Notes under the pieces: generated by a model
Seen by the model: the letters and a program-made list of their open reading frames with translations, nothing else
Database searches by the model: none
Told to the model about the DNA's origin: nothing
Made by a program: the position numbers and the translations under genes
Part shown: positions 1 to 6,197 of the stretch, piece by piece
Numbering within the stretch: position 1 is the stretch's first letter
Layout of the letters: each line of letters opens with the position of its first letter
Virus record (IMG/VR): IMGVR_UViG_3300042321_000183
Direction: 5' to 3' (one strand)
From: a virus
Taxonomy: Duplodnaviria > Heunggongvirae > Uroviricota > Caudoviricetes
DNA length: 13,438 nt

Positions 1-2
1 CT

Positions 3-605
3 TGTTATGGTAGACCTGAGAGAACCAAACGATCTATACAATGTATATTAGACCAAGATACTAATAATTGGGAAGCCTTTATAATGGGAGACTGTTGTCC
101 AGATTTTCAAAAACTTATTGATAGTGGATATTTACAATCTATTAAAGAGGAACAAGAAAAAAAAGGAAACATTATTCATTTCTTTAATGCTAAAGAAAAT
201 GGAGGAGGATGTGGATATAAATTAATTAACTATGCAATACAAAATGCTACAGGTAAATATTTTATATTCTATGCAAATGATGATATTATACTTAGTAGTC
301 ATTTTAGTAATTACCTAGAAATAGAAAATACCAATTTAGATTATATGTTCTTTGACTCCTTCATAGATCCTATTAATAAAGCTAGAGTGTCAAAATTTGC
401 TAATTGTGAAATAGGTCATAGTGAAATAATATTAACAACAGAACTAGCCAAAAAATTACCAGAACATTTACCAATATATGGACACGACTGGGAATTTATA
501 TATGGTATGTCAAAAGAAGGGAAAGGAGAAAAATCAAAAAGTACCAATTTATCTTATAGAATTATGCATGTACCAATGTTTGGTACAAATGATATAATAG
601 ACTAA
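3..605 (+). CDS. Glycosyltransferase family 2 (GT-A fold), 5'-truncated by the window edge
   Basis: The frame of the 84..605 ORF is open back to base 3: CYGRPERTKRSIQCILDQDTNNWEAFIMGD matches the GT2 N-terminal pattern; ANDD is a DxD-like motif. Confidence 0.8.
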   Translation, partial: CYGRPERTKRSIQCILDQDTNNWEAFIMGDCCPDFQKLIDSGYLQSIKEEQEKKGNIIHFFNAKENGGGCGYKLINYAIQNATGKYFIFYANDDIILSSHFSNYLEIENTNLDYMFFDSFIDPINKARVSKFANCEIGHSEIILTTELAKKLPEHLPIYGHDWEFIYGMSKEGKGEKSKSTNLSYRIMHVPMFGTNDIID

Positions 606-606
606 T

Positions 607-640
607 AAAAAAAGCCTCCATTTCTGGGGGCTTTTCTTTT
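607..640. terminator. Bidirectional intrinsic terminator between convergent genes
   Basis: AAAAAAA-GCCTCCA-TTTC-TGGGGGC-TTTTCTTTT; stem 614-620/625-631, U-tracts on both strands, GAAA loop on the minus strand. Confidence 0.8.
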
Positions 641-842
641 ATTTTGATAGTCTCTTTTGTTTAAGAGGCCACATTTTACTTCTCAATCTAAGCTTTGTAT
701 CAGCTTCCTTCATATAATTACCATTAATTGGATTAGGAGGAGCCACCTTAGGTGCAGGTCTTGGTTTACCTGATCCTTTAGCTTTACCTGCAGTCATTGG
801 CTTTACTGACTTTGCTTGTTTAACGCTTACTTTAGATTTCAT
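639..842 (-). CDS. Small Lys/Pro-rich basic protein (67 aa), putative virion core protein
   Basis: Start moved to ATG 842, which overlaps the upstream stop (TAATG); MKSKVSVKQAK...KPRPAPKVAPPNP...KQKRLSK. Confidence 0.75.
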   Translation of the reverse strand: MKSKVSVKQAKSVKPMTAGKAKGSGKPRPAPKVAPPNPINGNYMKEADTKLRLRSKMWPLKQKRLSK

Positions 843-1309
843 TAGCAACCATTTTTACACTTACCACCCATCTTCATCACAGATTTGCCATACTTAGCTT
901 TAGTTAAACCTACAGCTTTTGTATTTTTACCTTTGTAGTTTTTACCAATTATATCTTTGTAAGAACCTAATTGCATAGATAAGCCATCTTTCTTAGGAGC
1001 AGATAATATACCACCATTTTTCATCATCTTCTTAGGTACCATAGAAGCAGCTTCACCACCATATTGCATTTTCTTCTTAGGAGTTTTACCAGCTTTCTTC
1101 ATAGCGATTGCTATTGCAGCTTGCTTAGCAGCTTTACCACCCATTTTCATCATTTCCATACCAGACATAGCTTTTTTCTTAGCACCTGCAATCTTATCTG
1201 CAAATGTAGGATTAGGATTATTATCTATACCTTTTTTTACTGATAACATTCCAAACGCTGTTTTTTCAGCTTTTTTCATCTTTGCAATTCCATTTTGAGC
1301 TTTCTTCAT
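842..1309 (-). CDS. Lys/Met-rich basic protein with repeated [AM]-[KQ]-x-G(G) motifs
   Basis: 155 aa, about 24% Lys by hand count; KKAQNG, KKAMSG, MMKMGG, KMQYGG, MMKNGG, KAKYG, VMKMGG, KCKNG; contains a KQAAIAIA segment seen in phage basic proteins. Confidence 0.8.
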   Translation of the reverse strand: MKKAQNGIAKMKKAEKTAFGMLSVKKGIDNNPNPTFADKIAGAKKKAMSGMEMMKMGGKAAKQAAIAIAMKKAGKTPKKKMQYGGEAASMVPKKMMKNGGILSAPKKDGLSMQLGSYKDIIGKNYKGKNTKAVGLTKAKYGKSVMKMGGKCKNGC

Positions 1310-1327
1310 TTTTTATAATTTAATATT

Positions 1328-1717
1328 TTAACAATTCCATTTACGAAGTGATTTATTAATTCTGCTATTAGGATCATTAGCTGTCTTAGCAGATGTAAGT
1401 TTCTTTTTCATACCTGACATTCTAGAACAGAAAGACTTACGTCTACTTGCTGCTTTAGAACCAGCTTTAAGCTTTGATGGTTTAGTTGTAACAGCTGTCT
1501 TTAGTTTGCTGCCTGGGTTAGCTCTTCTATAAGAAGCTACACCTTTAGCATTCAATCCACCTTCAGGATTCTTTCCTTCTTTGCGTTGCCATGCTGGTGT
1601 AGAACCACCACTTTTTTGGTAGCCCATTTTATTTCTAACTTCCTTAGGGAGTTTAGCCAAACCAGGTTTCTTAGAACTATCTACTGGTTTTAGAGAAGCT
1701 TTTTTAATTGTAGCCAT
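1328..1717 (-). CDS. Basic phage protein with DUF6321-like C-terminal module
   Basis: TPAWQRKEGKNPEGGLNAKG...RRKSFCSRMSGM...DPNSRINKSLRKWNC is a widespread phage module (recalled as DUF6321); N-terminus MATIKKA. Confidence 0.8.
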   Translation of the reverse strand: MATIKKASLKPVDSSKKPGLAKLPKEVRNKMGYQKSGGSTPAWQRKEGKNPEGGLNAKGVASYRRANPGSKLKTAVTTKPSKLKAGSKAASRRKSFCSRMSGMKKKLTSAKTANDPNSRINKSLRKWNC

Positions 1718-1719
1718 AG

Positions 1720-2232
1720 CTATTTCTTTTTACCTTTATATTTGTAATCAGGATTATCTTTGTGCCATTTCTTTGTAGAAGCTACACCCTGTTTAACAGT
1801 TTTGGCTCTTCCAATCTTTGTAAGATCTATTGTATCCCACTTGCCTTTGTCTTTGGTAGGATGGTTAACCATAATGTTACCCTTCTTACCTTTTCCAACT
1901 CCTGTAGGACTAGTCTTTTTATATACTAAATGCTTCTCTCCACCAGCCATTACTTTTACCTTCCCTCCATCTTCCATGGTTTTTTTAACACAGTTGTTAA
2001 CTATTCTACCACCTTTTTTCTTTGTACCCTTCTTAACATACCCTGTCCAACATTTTATCTTACCACCATTCTTTAATGATGTACCATCTTTTTTAATTAG
2101 ATGACCATTAGGAACAGGTGTTATAGCACCTTTGATAGCTGGAAGTGTATCTCCATTTCTAAGAACTCTTTTACCTACATAAGCTTCTGCTTTCTGTGGG
2201 TTATAAACTTTTGTCTTAGGTATTCTAGCCAT
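1720..2232 (-). CDS. Basic mosaic phage protein containing a CW-x-GY...NC module
   Basis: 170 aa, Lys-rich; KCWTGYVKKGTKKKGGRIVNNCVKK module is flanked by SLKNGG and TMEDGG. Confidence 0.8.
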   Translation of the reverse strand: MARIPKTKVYNPQKAEAYVGKRVLRNGDTLPAIKGAITPVPNGHLIKKDGTSLKNGGKIKCWTGYVKKGTKKKGGRIVNNCVKKTMEDGGKVKVMAGGEKHLVYKKTSPTGVGKGKKGNIMVNHPTKDKGKWDTIDLTKIGRAKTVKQGVASTKKWHKDNPDYKYKGKKK

Positions 2233-2681
2233 TATTTTTTCATCTTCTTTAATGTCATTGCTAAACGAGCACGTTGACCTAATTTACCTTTTGCTTTGGC
2301 AGCCTTAGCAAGCTTAGCAGCAGGGATAGGTTTACCTGGTTTAGCACCAAGTTGAGCACGTAAAGCTCCTGGCTTCTTAATAGCTTTTTGAATCCATTTG
2401 CCATCTTTAGCTTTAGGATTTTCTTGACTAGCTATATATTTTTTTTCTTCTGGTGTAAGAGTGTTATATCTAACAGAATCAGCACTATTCATCATAGCTT
2501 TTCTACTATTCTGTTTTTCTAAATTATACAAATCTTTACCAGTAGATCTATAATATCTATCTCCTTGAGAAGTTTTAAATCTATCAAGTTTATCATAGGT
2601 ACCAGTTTTACTATCCATAGTTGTACGTGTCCCTACAGACATTCCAGTTTGAGCCTTTTTAACCTTTTTAGCTGTTGCCAT
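2232..2681 (-). CDS. Basic phage protein with C-terminal KWIQKAIKKPGAL module
   Basis: 149 aa; N-terminal KKAQTG; C-terminal KWIQKAIKKPGALRAQLG...KLGQRARLAMTLKKM module follows KAKDG. Confidence 0.8.
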   Translation of the reverse strand: MATAKKVKKAQTGMSVGTRTTMDSKTGTYDKLDRFKTSQGDRYYRSTGKDLYNLEKQNSRKAMMNSADSVRYNTLTPEEKKYIASQENPKAKDGKWIQKAIKKPGALRAQLGAKPGKPIPAAKLAKAAKAKGKLGQRARLAMTLKKMKK

Positions 2682-2683
2682 GA

Positions 2684-3019
2684 TTATTTCTTTTTAGATT
2701 TTAACTTAGGAGCCATTTCACCACTACGCTTTTCTATCAATTCAGATTCACGCTTTAACGCTGCTTTTCTGAATGTAGCTGGATTCATTTCTTTGTAAGC
2801 TGGAGTCTTCTTATCAAGACCATAAGACTTTTCAGAACGTCCCATACTAGTAGCACCAAGTTCTTTATCTTTTTTTAATGTAGGTTTCATTCTAGCATCA
2901 GCTAGAGTAGCCTCTTGAACTTTAGTCCAAGCACCATTAGGATCTACAGGACCTACACGCTTATCAGAAGCTTTCATTCCTGAAAGACTACCCATTCTGT
3001 CTTTTTTTACCTTTGCCAT
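2684..3019 (-). CDS. Basic hypothetical protein (111 aa)
   Basis: Lys-rich; N-terminus MAKVKK; start overlaps the upstream stop (TAATG at 3019). Confidence 0.75.
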   Translation of the reverse strand: MAKVKKDRMGSLSGMKASDKRVGPVDPNGAWTKVQEATLADARMKPTLKKDKELGATSMGRSEKSYGLDKKTPAYKEMNPATFRKAALKRESELIEKRSGEMAPKLKSKKK

Positions 3020-3489
3020 TATTTTTTAGTTTTAGCTTTAATTTTCTTTTCTTGTTTTAACATAGCAGCTGTAGGCTTCTTTCCAGACCCTTTGTTAGCT
3101 CTAATGTTATCCCATAGTCCTCTTTTAGAATATGAACCATCAGCACGCTTTAGCATACCACCATTTTTCATACCTGCAACTTCATCTATAGCTTTAGAAA
3201 CTTTTGCAGCAGTTAATTTAGGTTTTTTAGTAGCTGCTTTTGCTTTCTTTATTTCAGCTTCTGAGAAGTTAGAAATCATTTCTTTCAAAGGATTATTTGT
3301 CTTAGCTGAAGCTTTCTTCTTAGCCATAGCAGCTTTACCAAACACACCAGATTTGTCTAGCTCTTTAGCTTGCTTTCTGCCAATCTCATCTATTTCAGAC
3401 TTCTTGTACATTTTACCAGTCATTTCACCTGGTACCATTTTAGAAGCTGATTTCTTAATACCAGCTTGAGCTTTCTTAATTGTTGCCAT
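3019..3489 (-). CDS. Lys/Ala-rich, histone H1-like basic protein with C-terminal GLWDNIRA module
   Basis: 156 aa; MATIKKAQAG; KKAKAATKKPKLTAAK; GMKNGG precedes MLKRADGSYSKRGLWDNIRANKG. Confidence 0.8.
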   Translation of the reverse strand: MATIKKAQAGIKKSASKMVPGEMTGKMYKKSEIDEIGRKQAKELDKSGVFGKAAMAKKKASAKTNNPLKEMISNFSEAEIKKAKAATKKPKLTAAKVSKAIDEVAGMKNGGMLKRADGSYSKRGLWDNIRANKGSGKKPTAAMLKQEKKIKAKTKK

Positions 3490-3755
3490 TATAAACTAGA
3501 TTTATTTTCTGGAACCTCTACTACTAAACCAGATTCAACTCCAGCAGCCAATGTCTCTTCAAGAACATCTCCTGCTTGTTTAGCTAATAAAATAGTTTGT
3601 GCTTCCTTTGTATTAATAACTGCACGCATTGCGTTTAATAACATTCCAAAATCACCACCATCTAATACAAACTTTGCATCCATATTCCACGTATACTTCT
3701 TGTTTGGATCAAACTTAGGACCTTGTTGTTGTTGTAAATCAATAATCTCTGCCAT
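3489..3755 (-). CDS. Hypothetical protein (88 aa)
   Basis: Coupled to the next gene (TAATG at 3489); first gene after the promoter at 3780-3811; no recognised motif. Confidence 0.75.
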   Translation of the reverse strand: MAEIIDLQQQQGPKFDPNKKYTWNMDAKFVLDGGDFGMLLNAMRAVINTKEAQTILLAKQAGDVLEETLAAGVESGLVVEVPENKSSL

Positions 3756-3779
3756 ATAATTATATTTTTGGTTTAGTCA

Positions 3780-3811
3780 CAAAGATATGCATTTATTGCG
3801 TATCTTCCAAA
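3780..3811 (-). promoter_or_regulatory. Bacteroidota primary-sigma promoter (-33 TTTG / -7 TAnnTTTG)
   Basis: Minus strand reads TTTG (3811-3808), 20 nt, TATCTTTG (3787-3780), 24 nt upstream of ATG 3755. Confidence 0.75.
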
Positions 3812-4086
3812 TTTATTTCAAACGTTATAGTTGCTGAACTTTTAATACTCTTAGACAGATTCAGTCTAATCTTGAACATGTTATGAAACTTTAAGATTTC
3901 TTCTAGCAACATTTCATTGTACATGGGTACTGAAGGTGCCAATCTAAAGTGATACGAATTAGGATTTTTAGTAATCTCTAACGTAGATAGTTCATCAACT
4001 GAGGATATAATTCCCTCAAGGTGTGCAAAATAAGCAAGTTCATTATCTTGCATCACCTGAGGAAAAAATTTCTTGTTAATTTGCAT
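3793..4086 (-). CDS. Hypothetical protein (97 aa)
   Basis: TAATG-coupled to the ferritin-like gene; globular-looking composition; no recognised family. Confidence 0.75.
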   Translation of the reverse strand: MQINKKFFPQVMQDNELAYFAHLEGIISSVDELSTLEITKNPNSYHFRLAPSVPMYNEMLLEEILKFHNMFKIRLNLSKSIKSSATITFEINLEDTQ

Positions 4087-4490
4087 TAAGACAAGGTTAA
4101 TAAGTATTTAGTTTTTGCTGCTTCACCACTTAGGGCATCAGCTAAATTGGCTATATCGTGATAGCTGTTTGATTCAGCATATCTCTTTAAGTTACTAGAG
4201 AAGTCCATTAGTGCTGTGACAACTGAATTAGAGTCTGCACCGCTCAATGCTTCTATTTTATATACACCAGGACGTTTACCTGTATAACCCATAAGCTTCT
4301 CTATCACACCATCTTTAAAGTCATGTACATAATCATACAATCCTCCTAAAGCTTGGTGCTCAGCATAACTTTTTGTCTGCCAATGTAATAGGTGTAGTTG
4401 CTCATGGAAATATGTAAGCTTCCCAGCTATTGTTTCCAAGTTTAATTCCCCTGATTTCATCATCTCTTCAGGGAATAATGATTTTGCCAT
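4086..4490 (-). CDS. Dps/ferritin-like four-helix protein (DUF5856-like)
   Basis: HLLHWQTKSYAEHQALGGLYD...KDGVIEKLMG; the His(15 residues)Asp(4 residues)Glu spacing matches Dps ferroxidase ligands. Confidence 0.8.
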   Translation of the reverse strand: MAKSLFPEEMMKSGELNLETIAGKLTYFHEQLHLLHWQTKSYAEHQALGGLYDYVHDFKDGVIEKLMGYTGKRPGVYKIEALSGADSNSVVTALMDFSSNLKRYAESNSYHDIANLADALSGEAAKTKYLLTLS

Positions 4491-4504
4491 GTTGTTTGGT
4501 TTTA

Positions 4505-4750
4505 TTATCCAGGACTAGTTGTTGTTGTGGTAGTTGTGCTAGTAGAAGTGCTAGTAGTAGTAGTAGTTGTACTTGTGCTACTAGTAGATGTTGTAGTTGT
4601 AGTAGGAGGATTACAACACTCATTTGCATCTATCTCTTGCCAGTTACCAACCTTTGGTTTGAATCTTTGTAAGATCAAACTACCTGCTATGACACGTCCT
4701 GTACCATCGTAACGTACATATGCTTTTAATCTATTATTGCTATTTGCCAT
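4505..4750 (-). CDS. Small protein with conserved ~47-aa domain and poly-Thr/Ser tail (paralog B)
   Basis: LKAYVRYDGTGRVIAGSLIL...KPKVGNWQEI...ECCN followed by 30 consecutive Thr/Ser residues. Confidence 0.85.
   Translation of the reverse strand: MANSNNRLKAYVRYDGTGRVIAGSLILQRFKPKVGNWQEIDANECCNPPTTTTTSTSSTSTTTTTTSTSTSTTTTTTTSPG
4514..4603 (-). repeat. Imperfect ACN/AGT codon repeat encoding 30 consecutive Thr/Ser
   Basis: Plus strand shows runs of agt/tgt triplets. Confidence 0.85.
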
Positions 4751-4762
4751 GTTTATTTAATT

Positions 4763-5002
4763 TTAACGAGGTTCAGTTGTAGTTGTTGTTGTTGTAGGAG
4801 TAGCTGTAGTAGTAGTTGTTGTAGTACTACTTGTACTAGTGGTAGTGGTAGGAACGTAATTGCAGCATTCATAAGCTGGGATCTCTACCCACTTACCCAC
4901 TTTTGGTTTCTTTCTTCTTAGAATTAGGCTACTTGGAACGATTCTTCCAGTACCATCAAAGCGTACATAGGCTTTGAGAGGGCGATTAGTATTCTGGGCC
5001 AT
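4763..5002 (-). CDS. Small protein with conserved ~48-aa domain and poly-Thr/Ser tail (paralog A)
   Basis: LKAYVRFDGTGRIVPSSLIL...KPKVGKWVEI...ECCN followed by a 25-residue stretch with 23 Thr/Ser. Confidence 0.85.
   Translation of the reverse strand: MAQNTNRPLKAYVRFDGTGRIVPSSLILRRKKPKVGKWVEIPAYECCNYVPTTTTSTSSTTTTTTTATPTTTTTTTEPR
4775..4849 (-). repeat. Imperfect triplet repeat encoding the poly-Thr tail
   Basis: Plus strand shows agt/tgt/ggt triplet runs. Confidence 0.8.
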
Positions 5003-5004
5003 AA

Positions 5005-6021
5005 TTAATAATTTATATTATATTTGTTTTTTATTTCTATTAGTTGTTGAGTGTAGTAATGATTAGCATGTTTTTTAGTAGTCTCATCACTAAGCACTTT
5101 TAGTATGTGTGTATCTAGAAAAGGATCTTTACCAGTGTGATATGCTCCTTTATAGAAAGCAGGGTATCCCATTGTGTTCTGTCCTGTAATACCTGCGTTA
5201 TGTAATATTGTTGTTCTATCAAGCTTCTCTATAGGATCTGAAGACCAACAGAATTCCATCTCAGGAATGTTCTTTGCTTCTTGTTCTCTAAGCCAAATGT
5301 TCCATAACACAGCCCACATATCTGCACACCAGCTTTGGAACCCTGTGTTCTCATCTTTAAAGAACTCTTTGTTTATATTCTGAAGGTAGACACGTATTAA
5401 TATACAGTCATTCATCACCTTCTTCCAGAAGTTAGAGTCTATGTTCTTTAAGAAATACTGAGCTCCTCCTGAGTGATCATTGTTAGCTTCAGCTATCTCT
5501 CTTGTTATACCCACTAAGCTTGTAAGCTCAGCTAAGACATCTCTAGTTTGGTACTCTTCCACCTTATCAAATAAGACATCTTTTAATTTACTATCAAAAT
5601 ATGAAGCATTGATGTAACTGTTTGTATCAGATAGATAGTTTATATCATCATCTTTAAACTTGTCAACATCAAATTTATCTGTAAAGATTACGTCACAATC
5701 ACAGTAAAACACTGCTTTGGTAACCATATCAGGATTATCCTGGAAATATCTCATTAAGCAGTAAGGACGTAGAATAGGAATATAAACTCCTAAATACTGA
5801 CTTACGTCTCCTGAATCCTTGTAGAAAGCAAACTTTGCTTCAGGATACAGTTCCATGATCTTCTCCCATTTGCCATTGTATTCTCTAAAACTAGGTGTAT
5901 ACACTAAAACAATTGCCTTGTCTGAGTGTCCAAGCTTCTTCAAGCTTTCCAACCATAGATGTACTTGCCATGTGTAGTAGACATCATCTGGTTGTGCACA
6001 GATAAATTTAAGATCCTTCAT
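5005..6021 (-). CDS. GT-A glycosyltransferase resembling HPAT/SGT1 (GT95/GT96) protein O-glycosyltransferases
   Basis: Colinear motifs DDVYYTWQ, ILRPY, YCDCD (DxD), SGGAQY, SWCADMWA, ILHNAG and FYKGAY correspond to recalled plant motifs DSVYNTWQ/YFDWQ, LNRPW/INKP, LDAD/EPD, VGG, GWVLEMYA, IIHY and FDKRSY; no signal peptide or TM segment. Confidence 0.7.
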   Translation of the reverse strand: MKDLKFICAQPDDVYYTWQVHLWLESLKKLGHSDKAIVLVYTPSFREYNGKWEKIMELYPEAKFAFYKDSGDVSQYLGVYIPILRPYCLMRYFQDNPDMVTKAVFYCDCDVIFTDKFDVDKFKDDDINYLSDTNSYINASYFDSKLKDVLFDKVEEYQTRDVLAELTSLVGITREIAEANNDHSGGAQYFLKNIDSNFWKKVMNDCILIRVYLQNINKEFFKDENTGFQSWCADMWAVLWNIWLREQEAKNIPEMEFCWSSDPIEKLDRTTILHNAGITGQNTMGYPAFYKGAYHTGKDPFLDTHILKVLSDETTKKHANHYYTQQLIEIKNKYNINY

Positions 6022-6047
6022 ATATGTAGTTTGTTGGTTTCTCTTTA

Positions 6048-6185
6048 TTAAGGAGTAGCTGTAGTGGTTGTAGTAGTCGTCCCACCTTTATATAATATAC
6101 CTGTAAGGTATTCCAATTGCTTAGATATTTGCCAAAGCAATTTAGATTTTTGACTCCAGCCTATTTGTTGTGAAGGTATTGCCAT
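6048..6185 (-). CDS. 45-aa protein: fibre-type N-terminal domain plus poly-Thr tail (not in ORF track)
   Basis: [45 protein letters not shown]; clear paralog of the N-terminus of 6198..7166; fills the intergenic gap. Confidence 0.85.
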   Translation of the reverse strand: MAIPSQQIGWSQKSKLLWQISKQLEYLTGILYKGGTTTTTTTATP

Positions 6186-6197
6186 TATTAATATATT

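Noticed and set aside
842-3489. True histone-fold proteins in the basic array
   Set aside because: The sequences are low-complexity Lys/Ala/Gly/Met-rich with no recognisable histone-fold pattern; the resemblance to H1 or protamines is compositional only
1760-3759. Plus-strand ORFs 1760-2104, 2565-2798, 3092-3469 and 3466-3759 with hydrophobic, membrane-like translations
   Set aside because: Antisense shadows of Lys-rich genes (AAA/AAG read as TTT/CTT gives Phe/Leu); they lie fully opposite well-supported coupled genes
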